Shown: positions 18,004 to 28,398, counted from the stretch's first letter. The stretch is DNA of 64,000 bases from an uncultured Eubacteriales bacterium (GCA_963545265.1 CAUUHY010000005.1:53-64052); one strand, 5' to 3'. Notes: generated by a model from the letters alone, not told the origin. Translations and numbers: made by a program.

Positions 18004-20493
18004 TTATTTTCCACAACATTGTTTATATTTCTTTCCACTTCCACATGGACACATGTGGTTTCTACCTACTTTTTCTATATTTTTAGGTTTATTTTTTAAC
18101 TTAACTTTTCCATCATTAGTCATTTTTGACTTAGATATTTCTTGTCTTTCTTGATTTTGAGATATTTCAGATTTAACTAAGAATAAAGTTATTTCTTGAT
18201 CTATATTTTGTAACATCTTATTAAATAAGTCAAAACCTTCTACTGTATAAGCTCTAAGCGGATCTTGTTGACCATATCCTCTTAAATATATAGCTTCTCT
18301 AAAATGTTCCATAGCATTTATATGTTCTGTCCAGTATTTATCTACTACACTTAAAGTTATAACTTTTTCAAATTCTTCTACTACTTCAGTTGGTAATTCT
18401 TTTATTTTTTCTTGATATTCACTTAATATTTTTTCTTTTACAAAATATATTATAGCATCAGAATCCATTGAAGCTATTTCATCAAATTTAATATCTTCTC
18501 TAAGTAATGTATTAAAATATTCGACTATTTCTTGTAGATCTTCTTTTGTTAATTTTTCACTATCTATTAGTTTTGATTTAACAACATCAGTAACATGGTT
18601 TTCTACTGCGACTAAAATACTATCGTGAATAGATTCACTATCTAATATTTCATTTCTCTTAGCATACATTATTTCTCTTTGATTATTCATAACATCATCG
18701 TATTGTAATAAATTTTTACGAATATCAAAGTTGTTTCCTTCAACTCTTTTTTGTGCTGAAGAAAGCCCTTTAGTAAATCTCTTACTAGTTATTGCTTCTG
18801 TTTCTTCAAAACCTAATCTAATAAGCATATTCTTTAGACCATCAGTTCCAAATCTAACCATTAAATCATCTTCCATAGAAACATAAAATTGACTAAATCC
18901 AGGATCTCCTTGTCTTCCACTTCTTCCTCTTAACTGATTATCAATTCTTCTTGATTCATGTCTTTCAGTTCCTAAAACACATAAACCTCCAAGATCTTTA
19001 GTTTCATCAGTAAGTTTAATGTCAGTTCCACGACCTGCCATATTAGTTGCAACTGTAACTGCGCCTTTTTGTCCTGCTTTAGCTATAATTTCTGCTTCTC
19101 TAGCGTTGTTTTTAGCATTTAAGACTTCATGTTCGATATTTTTAGATGTCAACAATTGACTAATTAATTCATTAGTTTCTACAGCTATAGTACCAATAAG
19201 TATCGGTTGACCTAATTTATGTCTTTTTTCAACTTCATTAATTAAAGAAGTAAATTTACCTTTTTGTGTTGGATATAACAAATCTGGAGCATCTATTCTT
19301 GCTACTGGTTTATTAGTAGGAATACAAATAACTCTCATATTATATATATCATTAAATTCTTCTTCTTCAGTTTTAGCAGTACCTGTCATACCAGATAATT
19401 TATTATACATTCTAAATAAGTTTTGGAATGTTATAGTAGCTAAAGTCTTAGTTTCTTGATTAATCTTAACGTTTTCTTTAGCTTCTATAGCTTGATGAAG
19501 ACCATCACTATATGCTCTTCCCTTCATTAAACGTCCAGTAAATTGATCTACTATAACTATTTCACCATTATTAACTACATAATCTACATCTTTTCTCATA
19601 GAGAAATTAGCACGCAAAGCCTGATTAATATGATGAATTAAATTAGCATTTGATACTTCATAAAGATTAGCTAAATGGAATTCTTTTTCTCCTTTTTTAA
19701 CTCCTTCTTCTGTAAGTGTAACTGTCTTATTTTGTTCTTCATAGATATAATCTACATCTTTTTTTAATTTCTTAGCAAATCTATCTGCTGCTTCATACAT
19801 AGAAACATTTTTTAAATCTCCTCCAGATATAATTAAAGGAGTTCTAGCTTCATCTATTAAAACTGAGTCAACTTCATCTACTATTGCAAAATTAAGTTTT
19901 CTTTGTACTCTATCTTCTTTATGAGTAACCATATTATCTCTTAGATAATCAAATCCAAGTTCATTATTTGTAGTATATAAAATATCACATTCATATGCTT
20001 TTTTCTTTTCTTGTGGAGTTAAATCTCTTAAATTTATTCCAACGCTAAGTCCTAAAAATTCATGTATTCTTCCCATCCACTTAGCATCACGATCTGCAAG
20101 ATATTCATTAACAGTTACTATGTGTGTACCTTTACCATCTAGTGCATTTAAATAAGCTGGTAAGACAGAAGTTAAAGTTTTACCTTCTCCTGTTTTCATT
20201 TCAGCTATATTACCTTTATGTATAGCAATAGCACCAAGTAATTGAACATAGAATGGTTTTTCATTATTTACTCTAAATGCTGCTTCTCTTGCCGTAGCAT
20301 AAGCTTCAACTAAAATATCATCTAATGTTTCACCATTTTCTAATCTATTTTTAAATTCATCAGTCTTTGCTTTTAATTCATAATCTGAAAGTTTAGAATA
20401 TTCTTCTTCTAACTCTTCAATTTTATCAGCAATTACAGAAAATTTTTTAAGTTCTCTATAATCTTGATCAAATAATCTTTTTAAAAAATTCAT
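18004..20493 (-). CDS. secA: preprotein translocase ATPase SecA
   Basis: DEAD-like motor motifs, a preprotein cross-linking domain and a C-terminal SEC-C zinc finger (CPCGSGKKYKQCCGK). Confidence 0.95.
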   Translation of the reverse strand: MNFLKRLFDQDYRELKKFSVIADKIEELEEEYSKLSDYELKAKTDEFKNRLENGETLDDILVEAYATAREAAFRVNNEKPFYVQLLGAIAIHKGNIAEMKTGEGKTLTSVLPAYLNALDGKGTHIVTVNEYLADRDAKWMGRIHEFLGLSVGINLRDLTPQEKKKAYECDILYTTNNELGFDYLRDNMVTHKEDRVQRKLNFAIVDEVDSVLIDEARTPLIISGGDLKNVSMYEAADRFAKKLKKDVDYIYEEQNKTVTLTEEGVKKGEKEFHLANLYEVSNANLIHHINQALRANFSMRKDVDYVVNNGEIVIVDQFTGRLMKGRAYSDGLHQAIEAKENVKINQETKTLATITFQNLFRMYNKLSGMTGTAKTEEEEFNDIYNMRVICIPTNKPVARIDAPDLLYPTQKGKFTSLINEVEKRHKLGQPILIGTIAVETNELISQLLTSKNIEHEVLNAKNNAREAEIIAKAGQKGAVTVATNMAGRGTDIKLTDETKDLGGLCVLGTERHESRRIDNQLRGRSGRQGDPGFSQFYVSMEDDLMVRFGTDGLKNMLIRLGFEETEAITSKRFTKGLSSAQKRVEGNNFDIRKNLLQYDDVMNNQREIMYAKRNEILDSESIHDSILVAVENHVTDVVKSKLIDSEKLTKEDLQEIVEYFNTLLREDIKFDEIASMDSDAIIYFVKEKILSEYQEKIKELPTEVVEEFEKVITLSVVDKYWTEHINAMEHFREAIYLRGYGQQDPLRAYTVEGFDLFNKMLQNIDQEITLFLVKSEISQNQERQEISKSKMTNDGKVKLKNKPKNIEKVGRNHMCPCGSGKKYKQCCGK

Positions 20494-20519
20494 AATATCA
20501 CCTAAAGTAATTCTATCAA

Positions 20520-20545
20520 AAAAAGACTTGTAATTACAAGTCTTT
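20520..20545 (-). terminator. hpf terminator (12-bp palindromic stem AAAGACTTGTAA/TTACAAGTCTTT plus U7)
   Basis: A perfect palindrome followed by TTTTTTT on the minus strand. Confidence 0.5.
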
Positions 20546-20557
20546 TAACGAACTATG

Positions 20558-21079
20558 TTACTTATCTTCCTCAATAAGTCCATAATTTTCATCTTTTCTT
20601 TTATATAACACTTTTATATCCATAGATTCAGCATCTTTAAATATAAAGAAATCATGTCCTAATAATTCCATTTGTAATATTGCTTCTTCTTCATTCATAG
20701 GAATTAGTTCGATTTTCTTTCTCTTAACTATAGATTTTTCATTAGATTTTAATTCTTCTATTTCTTCATAGATAAATATTTCTTCTCTTCTTTTAGAAAG
20801 CTTAGTTTTATTTTTTCTAATTTGTCTTTCTATTTTATCTATAGATAAATCAATTCCCGCATATAAATCATCATTTTTTTCTTCAGCTCTTATATATAAA
20901 TTTCCCGTATTTAATGTAAACTCTACACTATAATTTGTATTTTTATTACCAGAAAGCAATACATTTAATTCCATATCTTCTTTGCTAATATACTTATTTA
21001 ATTTAGAAGATTTTTCTTCTATATAACTCTTAATAGAATCTGTCACTTCAAAATCTTTTGCTCTAATATTTATTCTCAT
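20558..21079 (-). CDS. hpf: ribosome hibernation promoting factor, long form
   Basis: N-terminal YfiA/RaiA fold (MRINIRAKDFEVTDSIKSYIEEK) and a C-terminal dimerisation domain. Confidence 0.85.
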   Translation of the reverse strand: MRINIRAKDFEVTDSIKSYIEEKSSKLNKYISKEDMELNVLLSGNKNTNYSVEFTLNTGNLYIRAEEKNDDLYAGIDLSIDKIERQIRKNKTKLSKRREEIFIYEEIEELKSNEKSIVKRKKIELIPMNEEEAILQMELLGHDFFIFKDAESMDIKVLYKRKDENYGLIEEDK

Positions 21080-21114
21080 ACATTACCTCCTTATATGTTA
21101 AATAAATTAATGAA

Positions 21115-24100
21115 TTATTTTCTCTTTTTACAAGTCTTTCTTGATTTTTGACAGTAAGATTCGTTTCCTGCTTTATCTTTAGCTCTATAACAAGTTCCAC
21201 CATCTCCATCACAATTTGAATTTTTCTTTTTATTTACCGTTTCTCCTGATTTAGAAGTAGCTAAGCCACTTTCATAATCTTCAAATTCACATTTTTTATA
21301 AAAAATACTACCATCTGAAGTTTCACATTCTGAATCTAAACTTTCTTTGGTTTGTACTGGTGGTTCATCATCTATTCTAAATGTTAAACTACATCCTCCT
21401 ACATTACCTGCTGCATCCATCATTAAAAGATTCATTGTTCTTGTATCAGAAGAATAATCATGATTCTTATCATCCTTTTTCTTCTTTTGTATTTTTTTCA
21501 TAAACTTTTTAGCTTTATCAGTAATTTTTGTATGGTCAGAACCCATATGACCATTATTTTCCCAAATAGTATCGTGACTATTCATAATAAATCGCTCATA
21601 TTTAGGTTTTGGTTTTTTAACACCTGTTACTTCATCTTTATCAGAATCTTCATCTCTTAATTTATAATAAGGTTCTGCAAAAGCTATTTTATTAAGATTT
21701 GATAACATTTCCATACTCTGTACTTTAAAATTTTTTACATCAGTTATCCATTTACCATCTTCTGTATAATCAAAATCCCAATTGCTAGTATCATTTAAAT
21801 AATCTCTATCTAAAGAACCTTTTATATCTCTAGATACTTTATCTCTAACAATATTAAATGTACAAACTGGATTAGTTTTATCTATTAATACTCCATACTT
21901 AGCAACTGTCTTTCTACCTTCATCAGAAAGATTTCTATAACTTCTTGTATTTAATTCACAAACACCCATATTACCAGCTAAATCATATATAACTCCATAA
22001 GGTTTAGTCCATGCACTATAATTTGGAGTTCTAACATGTTCATTTGGATTAAGTGCCGTTTCTTTAGTCATTCTAAATACATCACCATATTCATCAACTT
22101 GTTCTAATTTTATATAATCATCATCAAAATAAGATTTAAGTCCTGCTGTATTACCTGCTGTATTACGTTTTCCCCAATTTATTTGTGAATACAAAAAGTT
22201 AGGTGCTACATCTATATAACTATTTGCTAAATCATTTGGCACATTAGTCACAGGTCTTAAGCATTTATTATTTCCTTTATAAGTAAACTTATCATTATTA
22301 CTACGTTCCCTAACACCTTCTGTACCATTACAACTGTCTACTTTATCAAGATCAGAAAAATAAACATATACATCACTATTAAACCACCAATTAATATTAG
22401 GATGGTTTCCTCTTATACTTATTTGACAAACAGGTGATTGTTTTCTTATATTTTGTACTTCAACAGTCTGTTGCACTCTATTACCAGCATTATCAACAAC
22501 AATTACTTGATACGATCCGTTATTAGATGCATATCTATATTTCTCTCTAGAAGTTATTTTATTACCAGTATTATTTTCAACTGTTTCAATTTCTTTAATA
22601 CCACTTATATCGTCTCTTGCATCAAAATATAATTGAACAGCATTTCTTGTAAATATTCTTTTTCCTCTTACTGGATTTTCATTACTTCTTGTATATACAT
22701 AAACAGATTTAATATTATTTATGTTACCTTGAATTTGTAAAGAATTTAAATCTCTCACTTCTGGAAATCTAAGTAAAACTCTTCTTCCACCATTACTTAT
22801 AGTCCTAGTAAATATTTCTCCATTTACATTAAATATGTATTCTGATGCTTGCGAATTATCTTTCAATTCTATAGCTATAAGTTTAACGTCTGTAAAATCA
22901 GTTATATTCTCTGCTCCATAAATTCCCATAACTGGATCTCTTAAAGTCCATTGTTCAGTTCCTTTAAGTCCTTTTTTGATATTACATCCTTCTTCTCCAT
23001 TATCATATTTATCTGTATATTGACTAGGGAAATATCCAACTTTTCTACACGCACTTTCATCTACAACTAATTCTTGATCACGATCATATATTTGATATCC
23101 ATAATATATATCTTCTGGAGTTAATTCCGGTGGTTTTCTATCATTAGTAGTTTGAATAGGGTTACGACAAGAACTTCCATTACAATAATTATTTGGATTA
23201 TTATTATTATTATGAGGATAATAATTATTGTTTCCTCCCCTATTATGCGGAGACCATCCTTTGTCTCTACTTAATTCGTTACCAGCATTATCTTTTGCAT
23301 ATCCATATACTAGGTTAATACCATCTTTTAATTCAAGCTCTGTTAATTGATTATAATTTGGTGTATCTGCACTATCTCCAAGACCCCAAGTAGCTATTCC
23401 ACTTTCATTATCTTTTAAATAAGTTATTTGGACTTTTCCATTATTTAAACCTAAGGAAATATATGGATTTCTAACATCTTGCATTACCTTAACTTCACAA
23501 GCTGTAGATCTTCCTTTTCTATCATAAACATTTATATTTTCTTTTACTTTATAACTTCCTGGTTTTGCTTCAAACTTCTTACTATAAAGTTCTCTTTTAC
23601 ATCTTTCTCCACCTAATTCATCAATACATCTTACAGAAGTTTCTACTTCTTTATTTGTCCATTTATCATTTTCTATTTCTACTTCACATTGAACATTAGG
23701 ACATACTTTACCTTTTTCACACTTATTAGTACCAGGTTGATAATTTTCATCTGTTTCATCATCATCTGATTCTTTTAATTTTAAAAGACTCTTACAATCA
23801 TCTTTTAATCTATTTTTTCTACATTCTAAATATTTATTTAAACCATCATAAAGATTTGAACATCCAATACCAACTTCATTACCACAAATAATACAAGCTT
23901 TGTATTCGTAATTTTGATTACCAACATTTTTTATTTGAACAATACTGATATCTCTATAACAATATCTTTCTTTCTCATCAGTTCCTTCTTTATAATAAGG
24001 ATTTTTTAAATCTTGTTCATATCCTTCTTCTATAAGTTGTCCTAAAGTTACTATTTCTCTAGAATTTTCTTTTGGAACTGGACAATTTTTATTGTTAGTA

Positions 24101-24339
24101 TCTTCGCAATATTTATTTTCGCTAAGATATGTACTCGTCATATTTTTTCCTGCTGTCTTCATTCCGTTTTCGTGACTAATAAGTACATTTTTTTTAGTCT
24201 TACTTATATATCCAGTTACAGATATTATCGCAATAGAACTAAGAATCCCTATAATAACGATAACTGCTATAATTTCTACTAGAGTAAACGCTTTTTTACT
24301 GTGTTTACATTTTTTGTTACATTTTATTTTTTTCTTCAT
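21115..24339 (-). CDS. giant (1074 aa) Cys/Asn/Lys-rich surface protein with a type IV prepilin (class III) N-terminal signal and five internal D-x-AGN repeat modules
   Basis: Leader MKKKIKCNKKCKHSKKA is followed by FTLVEIIAVIVIIGIL with Glu at +5. D-x-AGN motifs recur every ~100-260 aa (AKDNAGNELS, VVDNAGNRVQ, YDLAGNMGVC, MMDAAGNVGG, AKDKAGNESY). An AGGGAG Shine-Dalgarno precedes the ATG. Confidence 0.6.
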   Translation of the reverse strand: MKKKIKCNKKCKHSKKAFTLVEIIAVIVIIGILSSIAIISVTGYISKTKKNVLISHENGMKTAGKNMTSTYLSENKYCEDTNNKNCPVPKENSREIVTLGQLIEEGYEQDLKNPYYKEGTDEKERYCYRDISIVQIKNVGNQNYEYKACIICGNEVGIGCSNLYDGLNKYLECRKNRLKDDCKSLLKLKESDDDETDENYQPGTNKCEKGKVCPNVQCEVEIENDKWTNKEVETSVRCIDELGGERCKRELYSKKFEAKPGSYKVKENINVYDRKGRSTACEVKVMQDVRNPYISLGLNNGKVQITYLKDNESGIATWGLGDSADTPNYNQLTELELKDGINLVYGYAKDNAGNELSRDKGWSPHNRGGNNNYYPHNNNNNPNNYCNGSSCRNPIQTTNDRKPPELTPEDIYYGYQIYDRDQELVVDESACRKVGYFPSQYTDKYDNGEEGCNIKKGLKGTEQWTLRDPVMGIYGAENITDFTDVKLIAIELKDNSQASEYIFNVNGEIFTRTISNGGRRVLLRFPEVRDLNSLQIQGNINNIKSVYVYTRSNENPVRGKRIFTRNAVQLYFDARDDISGIKEIETVENNTGNKITSREKYRYASNNGSYQVIVVDNAGNRVQQTVEVQNIRKQSPVCQISIRGNHPNINWWFNSDVYVYFSDLDKVDSCNGTEGVRERSNNDKFTYKGNNKCLRPVTNVPNDLANSYIDVAPNFLYSQINWGKRNTAGNTAGLKSYFDDDYIKLEQVDEYGDVFRMTKETALNPNEHVRTPNYSAWTKPYGVIYDLAGNMGVCELNTRSYRNLSDEGRKTVAKYGVLIDKTNPVCTFNIVRDKVSRDIKGSLDRDYLNDTSNWDFDYTEDGKWITDVKNFKVQSMEMLSNLNKIAFAEPYYKLRDEDSDKDEVTGVKKPKPKYERFIMNSHDTIWENNGHMGSDHTKITDKAKKFMKKIQKKKKDDKNHDYSSDTRTMNLLMMDAAGNVGGCSLTFRIDDEPPVQTKESLDSECETSDGSIFYKKCEFEDYESGLATSKSGETVNKKKNSNCDGDGGTCYRAKDKAGNESYCQKSRKTCKKRK

Positions 24340-24436
24340 AATAAAGTAACTCCCTTGTATTATAATGATAACATTTTAAAAAAATAATGTGTTATTTTAT
24401 ATACACATTATCATTTTATATGTAAAAATACAATTA

Positions 24437-25486
24437 TTATTTTTTGTTTTCTAAGTTAATTTTATCACTTAAAATATTAGTATGAAAAACAAACCATAAA
24501 GTTAAAACAAATAAAACAACATAAACTATTTTACCAAGTACCCTCTCTTTTATAACATAAAAAATTGATGCTATAGAAAACAAAGTATTAATTAAATATA
24601 TTATTAAAACTGTTTTTTTATGAGAAAATCTCATTTTTAGTATTTGATGATGAAAATGATCTTTATCCGGATCAAATATTGGTTTATGTTTTAATTTTCT
24701 TCTAAATATTGCAAATAGAGTATCAAATATTGGAATTGATAAAATTAAAAGTGGCACAACTAAAGATGTAATCATAGCTGATTTAAAGCCTACTACCGAA
24801 GTAACACCAATAATAAATCCTAAAAAGACTGATCCTGTATCACCTAAAAATGTTTTAGCTGGATTAAAATTATATTTTAGAAAACCTAAAGATGAACCAA
24901 GCATAGATATAGCTAAGAAAAGTTCTAATGTTCCAAATCTTTCTTGAAATAGAGAAATAACTATTATAGTTAAAAAATATATAGAAGATATTCCAGTTGC
25001 TAAACCATCAAGTCCATCTATTAGATTTATTATGTTCATACAAGAAACTATAAATAAAATAGTTAGTGGTATTGCATAATAGCCTAAATTGATAGTAAAA
25101 CCAAAGATACCAATATTAGAAATCAGTAAATTTCCATATAAAACTACAATAGAAGCAGATACTATGTGAAGTAAAAATTTTATTTTAGCAGGAACTGGTT
25201 TAACATCATCAAATAAACCTAAAATAATAATTATAAAAGATCCTACCACTATAGCTAGTAATTCTTTAGAAAAATTACCGAATAATAATACTGCTAATAT
25301 AAAAGAAATATATACTGCTAAACCTCCAATTCTAGGTATTGGTTTAGTATGAACTCTTCGTTCGTCTTTAGGTACATCTATTGCATTTATATGATGTGCC
25401 ATTTTTATAACTTGTGGTGTTACAAGTAAAGAAGTCAACATAGGTATTAAAAACATCAAAAATAATCTTAAGTAATAAAATTCCAT
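24437..25486 (-). CDS. tagO: UDP-GlcNAc:undecaprenyl-phosphate GlcNAc-1-phosphate transferase (TagO/WecA family)
   Basis: Polytopic membrane protein with DDxxD and NLIDGLDGLA motifs of the MraY/WecA superfamily. Confidence 0.75.
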   Translation of the reverse strand: MEFYYLRLFLMFLIPMLTSLLVTPQVIKMAHHINAIDVPKDERRVHTKPIPRIGGLAVYISFILAVLLFGNFSKELLAIVVGSFIIIILGLFDDVKPVPAKIKFLLHIVSASIVVLYGNLLISNIGIFGFTINLGYYAIPLTILFIVSCMNIINLIDGLDGLATGISSIYFLTIIVISLFQERFGTLELFLAISMLGSSLGFLKYNFNPAKTFLGDTGSVFLGFIIGVTSVVGFKSAMITSLVVPLLILSIPIFDTLFAIFRRKLKHKPIFDPDKDHFHHQILKMRFSHKKTVLIIYLINTLFSIASIFYVIKERVLGKIVYVVLFVLTLWFVFHTNILSDKINLENKK

Positions 25487-25494
25487 TTCTTCTC

Positions 25495-25941
25495 CTATTT
25501 TAATTGATTTTCATAGTTAGTTATTTTTTCTATTCTTTTTATATGTCTTTCTTCATTAGAAAATTCTGAAGTTATAAATGTTTCTATTATTTCTATTAAA
25601 TCTTCTAAATTATTAGCAGCAGATAGCGCTAACATATTCGCATCATTATGATTTCTTGCAAGTCTTGCTTCTTCTTTATTTACAACTCTTGCACATCTAA
25701 TACCTTTTACTTTGTTGCAAGCTATGCTCATACCTATTCCAGTACCACAAATAGCTATACCATAATCCAAATTTTTCTTAGCTACTTCTTCTGCTAAAGA
25801 TATACCATATAGCGAATAATCACACGCTCCTGATGTAAAACATCCATTATCTTTTATTTCAATATTCTTATCTTTTAAAGCTTTTATTATTTCGCTTTTT
25901 ATTTCAAATCCTCTATGATCTGAAGTAATTCCAATTATCAT
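25495..25941 (-). CDS. rpiB: ribose-5-phosphate isomerase B
   Basis: RpiB/LacAB motifs (IGITSDHRG, ICGTGIGMSI). Confidence 0.85.
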   Translation of the reverse strand: MIIGITSDHRGFEIKSEIIKALKDKNIEIKDNGCFTSGACDYSLYGISLAEEVAKKNLDYGIAICGTGIGMSIACNKVKGIRCARVVNKEEARLARNHNDANMLALSAANNLEDLIEIIETFITSEFSNEERHIKRIEKITNYENQLK

Positions 25942-25982
25942 TAGATACCTCCTTATCTAATTTTAACAAAAAAAAAGATGAA

Positions 25983-26195
25983 TTACTCACCTTTTGTATC
26001 AAAACCATATTTTTTGTTAAATTTATCTACTTTTCCAGCTTTTCTCTTTCTATTATCTATTCCTGTATAGAATGGATGACATTTAGAACATGTTTCAATA
26101 CGAATTTCTGATTCTGTTGATTGTACATCAAAAATAGCACCACATGAACATATTACTTTTGCATCTTTATATGCTGGATGAATTCCTTTTCTCAT
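25983..26195 (-). CDS. rpmE: 50S ribosomal protein L31
   Basis: MRKGIHPAYK...CSCGA...CSKCHPFYTG. The start is set at the Met preceded by a GGAAGGAGA Shine-Dalgarno. Confidence 0.85.
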   Translation of the reverse strand: MRKGIHPAYKDAKVICSCGAIFDVQSTESEIRIETCSKCHPFYTGIDNRKRKAGKVDKFNKKYGFDTKGE

Positions 26196-26287
26196 TTTAT
26201 CTCCTTCCGCCATGATTTATTAAAAATCATAGAAATTAAATACGATGTTATTTTAACAAGTAATCAAAAACTTTTCAAGTATTATTA

Positions 26288-27544
26288 TTACTCATCTAAT
26301 ATTTTTATATCTGCACCTATTTCAACAAGTTTGTTTTCTATACCTTCATAACCTCTTAAAATATGTTCAGCATTTAATATTCTTGTTTTACCTACTGCTG
26401 CAAGACCAGCAAGTAAAACTGCTGCTCCACCCCTCAAATCTGTAGCATAAACTTCTGTTCCTTTCAAATACGTAGGACCTGTTATATATGCTTTATCATC
26501 TACAACAGATATTTTAGCTCCCATTTTCTTTAATTCTTCTACATGCATAAATCTATTTTCCCAAATAGTTTCTTCTATAGAAGAAACGCCTTCTGCTTTC
26601 GTAAGAAGCGTTGACAATGGTTGTTGAAGATCGGTTGGAAACCCCGGATATATTAAAGTTTGAACATTAATTGGTTTTAAATTATTACTTTCATAAACTG
26701 TTATATAATCATCTCCTATATCTAATTTAACATTCATTTCTTGTAATTTAGATACAAGAGAAGATAAATGTTCAGGTATTATGTTATATACTTTAAGACT
26801 TTTAGTTGCAAGTGCACCTAACATTAAATATGTACCTGCTTCTATTCTATCAGGAATAATTTCATCAAAACATCCTTCAAGTTCATCTACTCCTTCTATT
26901 TTAATAGTTCCAGTTCCTGCTCCTGTTATTTTACCACCCATATTATTGATAAAAGTTGCAACATTTACTATTTCTGGTTCTTTTGCTGCATTATGAATAA
27001 TAGTCGTACCTTTAGCAAGAGAAGATGCAAGCATAATATTTATAGTAGCTCCAACACTAGCTATATCTAAATAAATATCTGCACCTTTTAATTCTTCTGC
27101 TTCTATATAAAATGTAGAATTATCATATTTTACAGTTGCCCCCATAGATTCAAACGCTTTTAGATGTAAATCTATTGGTCTTTTACCAATATTACATCCT
27201 CCAGGAAAAGACATTTTTACTTTTTTAAATCTAGCTAAAAGTACTCCCATAAAATAATATGATGCTCTTAATTTAGAAGAATATTCATAACCAATTTCTT
27301 TATTTTCAATATTATTAGCATCAATTGTCATTGTTTCTGTATTTCTAGTTACATTACAACCTAAATATTTTAAAATGTTAATCAAATCTTCTGTATCTGT
27401 AATATCTGGAACATTACATAGTGTACTAATATTTTTGCTTGCTAATATTGCTGCTGGAATAAGTGCAACTGTTGCATTTTTAGCTCCACTTATTTTTATA
27501 CTTCCCTCTAATTCTTTTCCACCATTTATTTCAATAATTTTCAT
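26288..27544 (-). CDS. murA: UDP-N-acetylglucosamine 1-carboxyvinyltransferase
   Basis: EPSP-synthase fold and an active-site Cys region (FPGGCNIGKRPIDLH). Confidence 0.9.
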   Translation of the reverse strand: MKIIEINGGKELEGSIKISGAKNATVALIPAAILASKNISTLCNVPDITDTEDLINILKYLGCNVTRNTETMTIDANNIENKEIGYEYSSKLRASYYFMGVLLARFKKVKMSFPGGCNIGKRPIDLHLKAFESMGATVKYDNSTFYIEAEELKGADIYLDIASVGATINIMLASSLAKGTTIIHNAAKEPEIVNVATFINNMGGKITGAGTGTIKIEGVDELEGCFDEIIPDRIEAGTYLMLGALATKSLKVYNIIPEHLSSLVSKLQEMNVKLDIGDDYITVYESNNLKPINVQTLIYPGFPTDLQQPLSTLLTKAEGVSSIEETIWENRFMHVEELKKMGAKISVVDDKAYITGPTYLKGTEVYATDLRGGAAVLLAGLAAVGKTRILNAEHILRGYEGIENKLVEIGADIKILDE

Positions 27545-28398
27545 TATGACTCCATTAATTTCAATTTATATTCTACTACATTTTTTAAATTTTCTTCACC
27601 GCTACTTATTACTTTTCTTGGATCATAAACATCTTTTTTATTTTCTACAAATTTTACTACTCCTTCATGCCAAGCTTGTTGAAGTTCTGTATTAATGTTT
27701 ATTTTTGATATTCCTAGTTTTATAGCAAGTTTAATTTTTTCATCTGGTATTCCACTTCCACCATGTAAAACTAAAGGAATAGTTATATTATTTTTTAATT
27801 TTGTTAAAAGCTCAAAATCTAGATTTGGTTCACCTTGATATACACCATGAACACTTCCGATAGCTGGAGCTAACATATCAACTCTTGTTTCTTTAACAAA
27901 TTTTATACAGTCATCTAAAGATGCTACTAAAACACCTCCTACTACACCATCTTCTATTCCACCTATATGCCCAACTTCTGCTTCTACTGTTACGTTTTTA
28001 TCGTGAGCATACTTCACAACTTCTTTTGTGATATTAATATTTTCTTCCAAACTATACTTTGATGCATCAATCATAACAGAAGAAAATCCAGCATCTATAG
28101 CTTTTTTACAATTTTCTATACTTGAACCATGATCTAAATGTAAACAAACATCTATAGCTATATTTAAATCTTTTACTAAAGAATAAACTAAGTGAGCTAC
28201 TACATTATATCCCCCCATATATTTTATAGCGCCCTCACTTACACCAATAATCACATTTTTATTTAACTCATTACATTTTTCTAATATAAATTTAGTCCAC
28301 TCTAAATTATTGATATTAAAGTGAGCTATACATTTACCATTATCCCTTGCTTCTTTAAGCATTTTTTTTGCATTAACTATCATATCATATTCTCCCAT
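27544..28398 (-). CDS. fba: class II fructose-bisphosphate aldolase
   Basis: Class II FBA motifs (HLDHG, GGIEDG). The stop overlaps the murA start by 1 nt. Confidence 0.85.
   Translation of the reverse strand: MGEYDMIVNAKKMLKEARDNGKCIAHFNINNLEWTKFILEKCNELNKNVIIGVSEGAIKYMGGYNVVAHLVYSLVKDLNIAIDVCLHLDHGSSIENCKKAIDAGFSSVMIDASKYSLEENINITKEVVKYAHDKNVTVEAEVGHIGGIEDGVVGGVLVASLDDCIKFVKETRVDMLAPAIGSVHGVYQGEPNLDFELLTKLKNNITIPLVLHGGSGIPDEKIKLAIKLGISKININTELQQAWHEGVVKFVENKKDVYDPRKVISSGEENLKNVVEYKLKLMES

Noticed and set aside
20494-20557. A secA leader or secM-like regulatory ORF
   Set aside because: The 64-bp gap is occupied by the hpf terminator palindrome and a short Shine-Dalgarno region. There is no room for a leader peptide.
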